A DNA stretch of 63,484 nt, the filler included, from Craspedostauros australis (lineage: Eukaryota), in the NCBI GenBank assembly GCA_030167865.1. It is 18 parts of 18 records of this genome, joined end to end, with 100 filler letters (N's around TTAATTAATTAA, not from the genome) between each part and the next. Parts side by side here need not be neighbours in the genome. Positions count along the whole stretch, not along the records: positions 1 to 24,561 come from JALAGF010000321.1; positions 24,662 to 26,781 come from JALAGF010000334.1; positions 26,882 to 28,812 come from JALAGF010000335.1; positions 28,913 to 32,724 come from JALAGF010000336.1; 14 more parts are not named here. One strand, 5' to 3'. The translations under genes and the position numbers were made by a program. Shown here piece after piece: positions 20,385 to 32,824 of the stretch (position 1 is the first letter of the stretch; each line of letters begins with the position of its first letter). Below the pieces are notes generated by a model, which had not been told where the DNA came from, searched no databases, and saw nothing but the letters and a program-made list of their open reading frames with translations.

Positions 20385-22708
20385 TCATGTTGCTGGCACA
20401 GGGTTCGGCTGTTCCAGTGCCTTTCTCGATAGCGGCCCAATTCTCGTTTGATGAACCCACACTCCTGCGAGTCTCAGGATGTTGAACACTCCAAAACCGA
20501 GCCAGACACCGCTGAGCCCGATCTTTGGCGGGAAGATGTGCAGCGCGGCCAAGCAACCAGCCGTGGCAATCACCGTGCTGATGGACAGCTGCAGGAAGGA
20601 CCCGGTTCCCACCATGACACCTTCGCCGATGAACACAAGACCGTTGATGATTTGCAGCACGCTGGCGATGATGGCCGGTGCCTTGGCCGCGTCGCGGACC
20701 TCCAAGATTGGCGTGGATTTTTGTATCGCCGGCAGCAACAGTAGCTGGAAGGATCCGAGGATGATGCCCAGCAAGAATCCCCAGCTCATCATGCGGTTCA
20801 CTGTGGCCTTGGCGTACTTCAAGCCTCCGACCTTCTTGCCAGACTTTTCGTCGACCTTCTCAACCATGGCGTTCGGGACGACGATCTGGGCGACGGTGGA
20901 TAGCGCGAGCAGCACGATGCCGCCGATTTGGAATGTCTGCACTGCCATGGCATGCGCGGCCGCCGCCACACCTGTCTGATCGATGGATTGCGTGACGCGC
21001 GCCACCATGAGGAAAGTGAGGTTGAGCGCCAGGTTTCGCAGCTGCAATGCGGCTCCGCCCTTGAGCAAGGGTGATAGCGACGACCATCTCGGCAGCTTAG
21101 CGATCTTCCTCCAGCGAATCAAATTGCGTTTGCGTAGCAGGGTGAGAAAAACGACGGCCGAGATGACTTCTGCCGCGAGCGTGGCCATCGCGGCACCTGG
21201 AACTCCCATGGCGAAGGAGAAGATGAGGATGGGATCGAGGACTGCGTTGAAAACATTTGCGAATGCACTGATCTTGACGGGAGTTGCCGTGTCCAGGATA
21301 CCTGTGAGGCCATGACGGGGTACGCAGCATCGAGCATTCACGTATCACATGTTGAACAAGTGGCGAGCAAGGAAAGGAAAAGAACGGTGGATGAGATCAG
21401 AGAGGAAGGCATGGAAGACGACCACGGGTGCTCAATTGTACCGTACATGACTGGACCAGATTTGCCAAGAAATGGTGAATCGAGTCAGCAACCGAGCACC
21501 AAAAGAAGATGACGGAGAAAAACGTACCTCGGAATGCAGAAAAGCCGACCAAAGACATCAAAGAAGGAAGGAAAGCGAAGGCGCGGATCAACAGGTACGG
21601 CTTGGCATATGCCAACGCGGGCGCTGATTCAGATAGTACAGCACTGAGCGCCTTTTCCGGATAGAGGAGCATCAATACTGTTCCGATAACGGAAATGATG
21701 AGGCCCAGGAAGATGGCTTGGCAGACTGCATCCTGCGTTCCCTCAACGTCACCTGCAGCATTCTTCTTTGAAACCAGTGTTGCGGTGACTGCGGTTTGCA
21801 GTGCATTCGTGAGCGTTGGGAAACGAGTTGTAGAAGGAATGCTCGAGAGTAGAGTGTCGAAAAGAGCAATGGTTGAGTGCTGAGGTTCATTGAAGACAGA
21901 TCAGCAGGCAAGCATCGATTGGTATCGAGGTTTGGCGCATTGAACTTGTGATGTCTCGTCATGCCACATGTTGCAATACCAGACCTTGCATTCCGTGAGG
22001 TGGTGTACGCTCCCCTCATTTTCACTGCTCTGCATGGCACTGTCTCCCATTTCATCCCATTTGCTCCAATTGTATCCTTCGATGAATCGTCCAATCAAAA
22101 TACCAGTCGCAACACTCACCGCTGGGAAGAAAGGAGATGCACCAAAAGGCCGAACTGAAGACCTGATTGGCGGCCGACTGTCCAGCAATTGCCAGTGCAT
22201 TGCCCATCCGATTGACCCAGAACAAATCCACGGCGCCGATCAAAGGGTTGATGGCGAAGTTGGCAATGACGGGCAACGAGATCTTGATCAACGCCTTGTC
22301 CATCTCATCGAAACAAGGCCAGGTGGATGGCTGCGGGTTAGTCGATAGCAGGAACGGCGACGCCGATGATGATCCACCCTTGGTTGACAGGGAGGCGTCT
22401 GTTTGATTGTTGGAGACTCCACCGTCGCTGCTCACTTCATCGGCAGTGTCGCCTTCGCCGTCCTGTGCACGCAATGCTGCAAGATGTTGTTTTCTTCTCC
22501 ACCTCTGTCGGTAGCTGTTGACGTCAATGTTGGCACTGGCATAATCGTTGACGTAAATGCCGTTGCTGTTGCTCGTGGTCGAGAAGAGCACCGCTCGAGT
22601 GCCGGACTTTTTGCGATTGTGATGCCCGGCAAAGCATTTGACGTCGACTGTGGTCAGCAGCAGGATCCACAGATTGAGCAGGCATCGTCTGGGTGGAATG
22701 GGAGACAT
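20385..22708 (-). CDS. MATE-family transporter, probable plastid type; exons 22708-22120, 21788-21528, 21301-20385 (588 aa)
   Basis: ISLPVIANFAINPLIGAVDLFWV, YLLIRAFA.....GFSAFRG|ILDTATP, NAVLDPILIF..GVPGAA.AT, INGLVFIGEG. Two phase-1 GT-AG introns restore frame. N-terminal signal-like segment followed by Phe (VKC|FA), resembling a diatom bipartite presequence. Confidence 0.9.
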
Positions 22709-23558
22709 CTTTGTAAACGGTGTGCTTTGTGGAACGAGTGATCGGTCTATCAACCCTGTTTGGTTGGGTGCAGTTCGGTTCGGCGCGTTTTTTCTGCGGA
22801 AGCGTTGCTTTGCTCTGCTGTGATGAGATGGGATGTGAATTGGTGATGCCAATAAATCGCCCTTGATGGCCCTTCTTCTGACGTCTCCTGTTACTCTATT
22901 GATACTGCGGCAGCACTCTCTCCTTCTCTTTGGCGAACACCTGGGTTGGCCTCTTGTGCCAATGTGTCCAAAACGATGCGTTGTCAAGAAAGGAATCTCT
23001 CGCAACAGCACCAAATAATGATCGAATCGAAGTATGGTTGTGGGTACATGCACATGCGCAGACGTTGGATCGGTTTTGGTGAGGTCGGCCACTGATTTGG
23101 TGGGTGGCACCACACACAGCAGATGTCAGGAGCTGTGATGTGGTGGCAGTCGCTTCTTTCTGTCACTCTCATTCATCCACTCGTTTGGTGGAATGCGTTG
23201 GCATTCGTGTGACGCGTTGGATTTGTCGCGCAACACAATCGACTCATCTGACTATGATACGTGCATTCGTACTCGTGTAGAATGCCGCCAAGTGTAGAGC
23301 TCTGCGGTGGATGCCTGTTGCGCCTGAGCTTCTGCTTTCCCATTGGTGTGTACAACCTGCCCCATCGGCTCAAATGGATGTGCTGTTGCCGACGCATGGA
23401 CAAAATAGGAAAAGCGTTCCTTTCAATCATGTTGAAGTCACTGGCAAGGGGAGACTATTATGATAATATGATAGATGATATTGAATTTGTGGGTTGCCAC
23501 TTGCCCGCCACCACACCACCAATGAGCTACCATGCTCATTGAGCCGTCTCCGTTGCTC

Positions 23559-24488
23559 CTAGTACCCCTCCAAGCGCTCGCGGGTGAAAGCTTGAGCACG
23601 CTGTGCGTCTCCTGGGTTGCGCTTCATGCTTGGAATGATCTGGACGCAGTTCTCCGACAAGTCTCCATCCATCGTCCATGCGAGTTCGGTTCCTGCGAAG
23701 CCGAACAAAACCTTCAGCTCATACTTTTCCATTGGTTGCAACTCTTCCTCACCATCGCAGTAGCCACGAAGGAAGTCAGACATCTCCTTTCCCAGAGCCG
23801 AATTGTTGTGGATGGTCGTCTTGATGAAGTTCGGGAGGTCGTTTGCGTCGTCGACCGCCAGGATGATCTTGATGGGCTCCTTCTTGGATGGATTTGCTTT
23901 CATTGACTCCGACCAAGCCACCGGGCTGATATCCATGGAGTGGATGAAGTCGATGGTTTTCTCCAGGACAGGAAAGTGATCTACTACCAATGCCACAATC
24001 TGACTCTTGAGAGCGGCCCGGGCCTCTTCCATGCACTTGTCCATGTTGCTTTCATGGAAAGCGCAAATGTCATCCTTGATGTCCAACAGCAAGGTCAATG
24101 CACCTTTTCTGATGTACGCACTCGAGACCAGGTCGGTTGTTTTGCCAGATCCCTCTTCCGTGCAGTAGACGAAGACTTTGTCCGCATCAGATGGATCATG
24201 GGCTGGTGAGACTTCGACTTCGATGATCTTCTTTGGATCGTGCGCAATTGGACGGAAATCCTCACCAGCAAAGAAGAACCCAGGCTTGCCCTGTCGGTCG
24301 CACAGGAAGGTCGATACTCGTGCGCTCTTATTGCGGTATGCGAGGTCTGACAACAACGGGTAGAATATCTTGATGGTGTCGCCCAGAAAGTGGTAGCAAC
24401 CCTTTTCAAGTACACGGATGTTCTTGTCATGCTTCGGTTTGGGGTTTGGCTCGCCCTCGTCTGGGCTGCTGGTGCTGTCCGTGCTCAT
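23559..24488 (-). CDS. Divergent P-loop NTPase-like protein (about 309 aa), possibly truncated
   Basis: VFVYCTEEGSGKTT (Walker A-like), IILAVDD (Walker B-like), VLFGFAGT (sensor-like strand). Stop-free ORF near the contig end. Confidence 0.55.
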   Translation of the reverse strand: MSTDSTSSPDEGEPNPKPKHDKNIRVLEKGCYHFLGDTIKIFYPLLSDLAYRNKSARVSTFLCDRQGKPGFFFAGEDFRPIAHDPKKIIEVEVSPAHDPSDADKVFVYCTEEGSGKTTDLVSSAYIRKGALTLLLDIKDDICAFHESNMDKCMEEARAALKSQIVALVVDHFPVLEKTIDFIHSMDISPVAWSESMKANPSKKEPIKIILAVDDANDLPNFIKTTIHNNSALGKEMSDFLRGYCDGEEELQPMEKYELKVLFGFAGTELAWTMDGDLSENCVQIIPSMKRNPGDAQRAQAFTRERLEGY

Positions 24489-24561
24489 GTTGAGGGTGCG
24501 GAATGCCGGTGGGGATGAATGCACGCTGAGGCACGAGTGTGCCGATGGTGACGGTGTTGTG

Positions 24562-24661
24562 NNNNNNNNNNNNNNNNNNNNNNNNNNNNNNNNNNNNNNN
24601 NNNNNTTAATTAATTAANNNNNNNNNNNNNNNNNNNNNNNNNNNNNNNNNNNNNNNNNNNN
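24562..24661. other. Artificial contig linker (N44-TTAATTAATTAA-N44); first of 17
   Basis: Identical 100-nt spacers start at 24562, 26782, 28813, 32725, 34054, 36644, 37773, 43156, 45763, 47902, 49009, 50537, 51645, 52992, 54285, 55479 and 60235. The 12-mer gives stops in all six frames. Confidence 0.98.
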
Positions 24662-25856
24662 GCGCGACGTGCACTACTTGCTGCGGCATGCGCTGCAGCC
24701 AGCACCTACTGGTCGATTCTCTTCGTCCGTCATCATTCCGCATCGAGGCCAACCCATTTCGATTGCGTCGGATGTGTCGCAGGCGACTTTGGAGGCGCAC
24801 AAGAAGAGGTACAACGACGCAGACTTGGGTGGCAAGCGCGTGGTGCATGACGTGCCGGATCTCATGTCGAGCAGCTGCTGCTTTGATCGTCCCAACATCC
24901 GTCATGGACCCTTCGTCAGCCCGCAGGACTTCATTTCCATCACAAATTCCACGCTGGAGCTGTTCCGGCAGCACCGCAGCTTCTCGCATGTGGCTGGCAC
25001 GGGCAACATCTTCAAGAAGATGTTCCGTCTGTGCCAAATGTCAAGTCCGCGGCAGTTGTGCTTGTCCTCGTCGGCGTGATGGTGACGTTGATGGCGTTGA
25101 TGTTGGTGTTGGTTTGGAGCTGAGCCAACTGAGACGATTGCTCGAAGTCATCTGCTCGCCAGGCACGTCCATCAAGACTCGCCAACGACCAAGCAGGGGG
25201 TGCCAACAGACTTACCACCTGACCGACCAGCTGACATCATCAGCATCATCATCATCTGCGTGACAGACCACCATGTTGTTGGCGGCCGTCTCCAGCATGC
25301 CGCGACAACGCGTCAACGCAAAGCATTCATAACAACAAGTCTCCCATCCTCAAATTAATCACGGCGCCATCGATGGGATCGTTGCGACGCCATACTGGCA
25401 ACGATTTTGCAGCTGCATCCAGGCTGTGCCGATACGATGTTTCGCTCAGAACAATTGGTTCGTCGAGAGTGGAGTATCAGCCATCTCCAGCTCGTGTAGC
25501 AAGTGATCGAGTGGTGCCGTCGATGTCCCTTGGCTGATTCATATTTCCAAGAGCTAAGTTGATACAAGCCGTCATCGAGCAGCCTTCGTCGGCGAGTGAC
25601 GCGCACTTGGGCTGATCCATCCCATTTGCATTGCATGAATTGCATGTCTGATTCAACGCACGCCATACGAGTATGAGAAGAGTCAGAGCGTTGCATAAGC
25701 CCCATGAAACCTAAACTGTTCAGAACCACCTATCCAGTTGATTCTCTCCGTATCACGAAAGTGACCGCAATCATGCACTTCATTTCTACACTATTGCGGC
25801 AGATCCCAGGATGATGAGAGCGAGTGCGTAGCATTGTGTTGCGATGCATTAGTTGG

Positions 25857-26582
25857 TTACATAGCCGGAGATGTTAATATCCACTTTTCGCCGCCGTCGT
25901 CTTCCACCTGCTCTTCGCCGTCTTCGTCAGCATCGTGACCATCATCATCATCACCATCGCCAATGTTCTGATCTACCAATACTCCATCATTGGTCTGATC
26001 GTCAGCATCATGGTCATCGGCGTTTTCCTGATTCTGATGATGAGAATGATCAGCGCCGTCTTCTGTTCGTGCATCCGCCATCTCCTCACCTTCGTTGCCT
26101 TCGTCTTCCTGCTCCTCTTCCTCAACGTCGTCGTTGCCGTTTGTGCTACCGTTCCCGTTGGCAACACCTGCCATCTCGTCAACTTGGGTGTCGATGGCAG
26201 CCATTCCTTGTGCACCATGCTCCTCCGCGGTCGTGTCCGTCCGCATGGCCAAGGCGCGCAATTTCCATGCCTGCTTCTGTTCGGCGTCCACTCCCGTCTT
26301 CCATTGTCCAGCGACGATGCGAATCAGCTGATTGCTGGGCAATTCTGGATTCTGCGCCTTGACTGTTGGATACGTCTCCTGCACGAACAGCGTGTACGCC
26401 GTTTGCTGACGCTTGCGTCGATTGGGATTGATCTTGCGTTTCCTGGCCTTGGGTTTGCGACCCCGTTTCTTGCCCTTGTACTTGGGAACGCCATTCTCAT
26501 CGAGGGGTGGCAGTTGGGTTGGATCGATGGCTGCAGTCCGGAATGTTGGGGTGGATATCATCGCACGCCACGCGTTGGCCAT
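25857..26582 (-). CDS. HMG-box protein with basic AT-hook-like segment and acidic tail (241 aa)
   Basis: KKRGRKPK, then PNRRKRQQTAYTLFVQE..P.VKAQNP....QLIRIVAGQWK....EQKQAW, then a D/E-rich C-terminus. Confidence 0.88.
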   Translation of the reverse strand: MANAWRAMISTPTFRTAAIDPTQLPPLDENGVPKYKGKKRGRKPKARKRKINPNRRKRQQTAYTLFVQETYPTVKAQNPELPSNQLIRIVAGQWKTGVDAEQKQAWKLRALAMRTDTTAEEHGAQGMAAIDTQVDEMAGVANGNGSTNGNDDVEEEEQEDEGNEGEEMADARTEDGADHSHHQNQENADDHDADDQTNDGVLVDQNIGDGDDDDGHDADEDGEEQVEDDGGEKWILTSPAM

Positions 26583-26881
26583 GGTTGTTTCATTGTTGCA
26601 AATGGTGATGAGTGAGAAAGGAGTTTGCGGTGCGATGAGAGATCAAACAAATGAGACAAGACGACAACCGCAAACTTCATTGTGTAGCAAAGACAGCGCT
26701 TTGCTTGCCACAACCCTGCCTGACTCACCGTACTGATCCTGGGCGGCCTGCGTGACACCGAATTGCACCGACAGCATGCGTNNNNNNNNNNNNNNNNNNN
26801 NNNNNNNNNNNNNNNNNNNNNNNNNTTAATTAATTAANNNNNNNNNNNNNNNNNNNNNNNNNNNNNNNNNNNNNNNNNNNN

Positions 26882-27324
26882 CCTGCCCTCCGAGAATATG
26901 GTTCAGGATTATCATCATTTTCAGGGACGACCTCTGCAACTGGAACATAGACTTGATTCCTTGTGCTTTCATCAGGGTTGCCTGGAACTCTTGGTGTTTG
27001 AGTTTGCAACAGTCGCAAAACCCTTTGCAATTCCATTTGCGTTTCAGCCAGCATGTCTGCTTGCACGTCTGCTTGCACGTTGGCTTGCACGTTGGCTTGC
27101 ATGTTGGCTTGCATGTTGGCTTGCATGTTGGCTTGCATGTTGGCTTGCATGTCTGCTTGCATGTCTGCTTGCATGTCTGCTTGCATGTCTGCTTGCATGT
27201 CTGCTTGCATGTCTGCTTGCATGTCTGCTTGCATGTCAGCTTCAGACGCTACTGGCTCAGAGGGGGCAGCAGGGATTGGTGACGGAAGTTTAGCAGACGC
27301 ATCATGCTTTTTCTTGTCATCCAT
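26882..27324 (-). CDS. Possible 5' fragment of a protein with MQAD/MQAN tetrapeptide repeats
   Basis: The ORF from MDDKKKH runs through the repeat to the contig end. No recognisable domain. Confidence 0.3.
27051..27236. repeat. 12-bp minisatellite (CATGTCTGCTTG / CATGTTGGCTTG / CACGTTGGCTTG), about 15 copies
   Basis: Read directly. Variants are clustered in blocks. Confidence 0.92.
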
Positions 27325-27982
27325 TGTTGCGTATGAATGTGGCTGCGGCTGCAACTGCGGCTGTGTAAGTGAGTTTTGTGTCGGTCACACCCGTGGCAAA
27401 GATGTGAATGGCACCTGCGAAACTTGAGCTCTCTCTCTCTCTGTCTCTCTCGAGATTGTGAGTGGTGGTGGTTTATGGATGACGGTGTTGATGTATTGTG
27501 AGGGCGAGGAAATCAGATGTTCCAAACGATTTCAGGCATGTCAACAAGATCAATCTTGGGCGAGGCAGAGAGAGCAACTTCGCTTCTCTGCAGCAACAAT
27601 ATCTTGATCGCACTCATCAGTGCGGGCGTGGTGGTCAAAGGAGCAACGATACAACGCTCCAAATGTTGCAACTCCTCACAGAGTACACCCTTTGATATTT
27701 GGCCCAAAGAGGTGATGCATGGGGGTAGCTGCCCCACGTCTGTCATTTGCATCCGTGGCGGTGATAGTGGGCAGTTGAGGTGTCAACCATCAGAAGTGGT
27801 ACCCTTTCGTACCGTAGCGCACGTATTGATGCTGTGTCGTCCCCCATCGCACACGCTGTACTCGTAGAAATCAAATCTCCGATTACTTTGTACTCGTACC
27901 ACGCACTCTGACACTCATCCTTCTACTTTCGCAGATGTTCTTTATCATGGGACACGGACCGAACAGCCAAAGCGGTATTCCT

Positions 27983-28275
27983 CATCCGCTCCTATGATCG
28001 CACGCTCGGAAGGCGATAGGTGGAATGCGAACTACCAACAAGACATCGAGGAATGAGTCTTCAATGCAAACAGAGAAACAAAAGCCAAGGGCAGACCCAT
28101 TCGCTCCTATGATCGCATTCTAGGTCGCACCCTCGGAAGGCGATGGGTGGAGTGCGAACTACCAACAAGGCATCGAGGAATGAATCTTCAATGCAAACAA
28201 AGAAACAGAAGCCAAGGCAGACCCATCCGCTCCTATGATCGCATGCTGGGTCTCACCCTCGGAAGGCCATGGGCC
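27983..28275. repeat. Tandem repeat of about 115-126 bp, about 2.4 copies
   Basis: CATyCGCTCCTATGATCGCA starts at 27983, 28098 and 28224. TGCGAACTACCAACAAG and TCTTCAATGCAAACA each occur twice. Confidence 0.88.
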
Positions 28276-29907
28276 CAGCACAGGTAGTGGAAGAGGTCGG
28301 TCGGAGGGCGATGCCGACCATGCGAGTACACACCTCTCTACTGTACACTCTAATCGTGTTCACCAGCTACCTCCAAAGGCTCCGTTTGAGCGGCGCGTCG
28401 ATGATCCTTCCAACACGTGCTCCACGATGATGACGATGACAAACACCGCCAAAGAAAGTGGTAAGATGCATTCTATTTACCATATCCCTAATGAGATTTT
28501 GGGCCCCCGATGTGACAAATTTGGCACTTCACATTGATGTGACAAATTTGGATCGATGTGCCACATTTGTCACNNNNNNNNNNNNNNNNTCGGCCAGCTG
28601 AGGTGGTACTGATAATGTTTTTTCGACTTCCACACAGCGTTATCGCGGAGAGGCGCTTTTGTGTCCTCAAAACTCTTGATTATTGTTTATCCAGGATTGG
28701 CGTTTGTACTTCTATTGGTTTCCGACGGCGGTGAGACTATTCGATGCTTCACGGAACTTGTTTCAGTGCTATTTCCAAGCGAAGTCTGTGATTTTCATCC
28801 AATCATTGTCTTNNNNNNNNNNNNNNNNNNNNNNNNNNNNNNNNNNNNNNNNNNNNTTAATTAATTAANNNNNNNNNNNNNNNNNNNNNNNNNNNNNNNN
28901 NNNNNNNNNNNNGGTGGCGCACGTTGCATTGTTCGCAGGTCCTATTGGGCACATAAAGATATGCACATGGAGAAACGCACATGAAGAAACGTATAAGAAT
29001 ATTATATAATACATGAAGAAACCCGGAACGTGCCTTTTGCACTGATGATTTGGACTCATCGATGTGGGCCTGGATTGTTTCGCGGTCCTGTTCGGCTGGC
29101 GTAGGACCACAGGATCACGAGCCAGAGGGGAAAGAAGGGTGACGTCTTGCCCAGCTTCCGCATAGTGTGTGTGATGACAAGACCTCGCTATCGATCAGAG
29201 CAGTCTGGGGTGGAACACTTCTCTGGCATTGATATCAGACATGTCGTCTCTGAAATTCGAAACCGGTTGCAACGCGTTAAATTCCAAGGATGCTCGTGGC
29301 ATTCGTTCTCCGTCTGAGATTTGCGTCGTCACTTGAACTTGATGTCCGGTTTGACACGCGCCAGCAAGAAATCTCGTCATGTTCCGCTGAGTTTCGTTCT
29401 CCGTCATAAACTCGGTCATAGTGGAATAGTTCTTTCCGGATGCGAAGCCACAGTCCGTGCCACCATGAGAATGCGGCTGTTCACAAATTGCACAGAGTGG
29501 AGACAGATCGATCAATCGCAAACGAAGCGAAGATCACGATGCTGGCAACGAACACAGAAAGCGTTGGTGGAGAAACAACAGGGGCGTCACTTGTCATCCC
29601 AATTCACCCATGGGCTATTCACGCACTCAACAGCCCAACAGCCCAAAAGCGCACAATCGCAATTCAGGTTGTTCCCGCTCTCGCGCCAAAGAGTGTTCGA
29701 TCATAGCACCAGAGCGTTGAGCGGATTTACGTCTTCATTTTCCCTCTCATTCATCGGCTGGCCTATTTGATGCCCATTCCAAATCCAAGCACTGTGCTCA
29801 TAATTCGCCAACACTGACCAGCAACCGGGCCACCATCACCATCATCATCACCGCCACCACGAACAGCAACGCAACAGCGCAAGAGATCAAGGATTGATCC
29901 CATCAAC

Positions 29908-32670
29908 ATGGCGCCCAACAATTTAGAAGAAACAAAGCAGGGTAGTCTCCGCGACCTGGACCCCTCCTTCGACGAGCCTCAGGATGAGCAGTCAATCTCA
30001 GCACAGATCATTCAGCATGTGCCAGCACCTATCACGCACACCACAGTTAACGTGCCCGCAGCCGTCCCCAAAACACTGACCGATACAACGACGGTGGAAG
30101 ACTTGAGGAGCTTCGTTGCCGCCGATGCTGAGGCCGCCACCGGCTCAGCGTCATCCGGGCCCACGATGTACTGGTCACCCTTCGATGAGCCATCCCAAGA
30201 CTGCAAGGTCTCGCTGCCTCTCGTCTACTGCGATCAGACGGCATCCAACCGTCCCTTGAAGTCCATCGAGAGTTACTTGCAGAGCACATGTCTCCCGTAC
30301 TACGGCAACACGCACACCATGACATCCATCACCGGGTCAACCTCAACAGCTCGCTGCGCCGAGGCGCGTAAGATTGTGGGAGAGGCCGTGAATGCCAACA
30401 TCGAAGGCGGGAGCAGTGACGATCTCGTCCTGTTTGCGTAAGTTGTTGTGATTGTCTTGCATCTATCCACCTATCTATCCATGCTGGAGTTGATTGTTCG
30501 CGTTACAACCCATTCTGGCTTGAAGCGGAAGGTGCAGGTCACGATCACAGGCTTGCCCAAGTGGAGGGCGAACATAAAAGAGAAGCAGAGCTTGTTGCAG
30601 ATTGTTGACCATCTTCGTTGTGGCGCTCTCACACCTGTTGGATTCGTATCTGCGCACCATGCGTGCTTCAAATCATTCCCCTCCTTCCTTCATTCCTTCT
30701 CTTGCCGACCTTCATTGCGTACCTGCCCACTTGTATAACGCGATGTTACCATTCGCAGTGGAAGTGGGGCAACAGGTGCCGTGGATCTTTTGCTTGATTG
30801 CCTAGGATTGCACGAGTATAAGAAAGCTGCATCCTCTGGTGCGAATCAAATGCAGAACCACAAGCGCAAGCAGAAGAACAACAGCAGCCGCAACAATGCA
30901 GCGATCCCGATGCAAGTTGACGCAGACTGCCCGATTGTCTTCATCGGGCCATTCGAGCATCATTCCAACCTTCTTCCATGGCGTGAATCGGGTGCTCATA
31001 TCATCATCGTACCCGGAGATCGGGGCCAGATCGATATGGTTGCATTGGAGCAGTTGCTGCAGGAGCATAAAAATCACAAGGCCCTCAAGATCGGTACCTT
31101 CACGGCAGCATCCAACATATCCGGAATCGTAACGGATACCAACGCCGTGACGGCCATGCTTCACAAGTACGGAGCTCTTTCGTTTTGGGATTACTCCACA
31201 GCCGCTCCGTACCTGCACATGAACATGAACCCGACCGATGACGAAAGGTTCGCATCCAGGCCTGCTGCTGTGGCCAAGGATGCCATCTTCTTTGCCCCGC
31301 ACAAGACGATCGGGGGCATCGGCACTCCAGGCGTTCTCATCTTGAAGAAAGCCCTGCTCCAGCCGAGCCGCGGGCCAAGACGAACCGGAGGAGGTACTGT
31401 GTTTTACGTCACTCCCACTGGCCATCACTACCTCCCCAACCCCATCGAGAAGTACGAGGGTGGGACGCCAAACGTGGTCGGGATCTGGAGGGTGGGCCTT
31501 GCCATGCTCCTGAAACACCAAGTTGAGACCAAGTACGAGCAGCTCGCCGCTGAGCAGAACGCGGCTGGCGTCGTCAGTGCCGTCCCTGCCACCGTGGCGA
31601 AGTACGAGTTCGCCACGTTCAACAAGGTCGCCGCAGAACTTCGCAAGATCCCGAACGTGGTGCTCGTCAATGACAGCCTCGACCCGTCCGTGAAGCATCT
31701 TCCCATCTTCTCCTTCCTCATCAAGTGCGGGCCGCGCTTCCTGCACTACAACTTCGTGTCAGCTCTGCTGAACGATGTATTTGGCATCCAGTCCCGTGGA
31801 GGTTGCCAGTGCGCAGGACCGTACGCCCAGGAGCTCCTCGGGATGCCAAACGGCCATGGCATGGGACGCATCTGCTGCCCTGTCGACACGGACGATCCAG
31901 TTGAAGCGGCCTTGATATCTGCCGACGGAGGGGCCGAGCTGCTGCGACCAGGATTCACAAGGCTGTCGCTGCCTTTCAAGGGATTGTCGTCGGTCCAGGT
32001 GGACTACGTCATCCAAGCCATCCAATGGGTTGCCCATCACGGATGGATGTTCCTGCCACAGTACCGATGCAATCTTCGAACCGGCATCTGGCGACACGCC
32101 AGCGGCGATGTGATGCAAGGTGGCAACAGCTCGACCCACACCTTGGCTGACTTCACGATGGGAGCGTCCACGCAAACGCAGGCAAAGGGGTGCGATTGTT
32201 CGCCATCGTCACCACCATCCTGGTCCGATGTGCTCAAGCAAACCATGGGGATGGCAGACCGTCTTCTTGCCATGGCAAGGCGTGATTCCGTTCGGCTCTC
32301 GGAGTACGCGAAGCTCTCCAAGGGACTTGAGGTTGGCGACGGTGGCGCCAACCAAACGCTGGATCCGGCCTTCGAGCACTTGCGATGGTACGTCCATCCC
32401 GATGAAGTCATCGATTGCATCACCGAAGGGTTGGATGAAGTGCCAGGATCGGCGGACCCTTCCCATCTGCTTGGTGCGTTGAAACCAGCCGTGTGGCTTT
32501 ACACAGGCGCTGCTAGCCAGTCGACGCAGAAGGGGGAGGCTGTTGATGAGCCAATTCCATCCGTTGATCATTCGATTTCATCCCAAGGCCCCATCGCACA
32601 CAAGCATGCTAGCATTGCCAGAAACCAGCCGGAGGAAGTGGAGGCCAAGTGCGCATGTTCCATCATGTGA
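29908..32670 (+). CDS. Class-V PLP-dependent (cysteine desulfurase-like) protein; exons 29908-30437 and 30759-32670 (813 aa)
   Basis: VYCDQTAS, PYYGNTHT, VLFA|GSGATGA across a GTAAGT...CGCAG intron, GPFEHHSN, FTAASNISG, WDY, PLP-lysine APHKTIGG, EGGTPN, QSRGGCQCAGPY, RPGFTRLS. Ends in CSIM-stop. Confidence 0.9.
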
Positions 32671-32824
32671 TTTGCACGTTGGCCAAGCAGTCTGTCTCGC
32701 CTTCATCTTCGATCGTCTGTTCTCNNNNNNNNNNNNNNNNNNNNNNNNNNNNNNNNNNNNNNNNNNNNTTAATTAATTAANNNNNNNNNNNNNNNNNNNN
32801 NNNNNNNNNNNNNNNNNNNNNNNN

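Noticed and set aside
24606..24617. TTAATTAATTAA recurring 17 times, superficially a regularly repeated element
   Set aside because: Always centred in exactly 44+44 Ns: an artificial six-frame-stop contig linker. ORFs ending in ...LIN or ...N at these sites are artefacts.
24662..25263. Open frames at the start of contig 2 (similarly 29195-29521, 50229-50486, 54625-55026)
   Set aside because: No recognisable motif or splice-supported model, so left uncalled.
27983..28275. Possible CRISPR-like repeat-spacer array
   Set aside because: The sequence between the repeated motifs is itself repeated, so it is a plain tandem duplication. No cas genes, and the context is eukaryotic.
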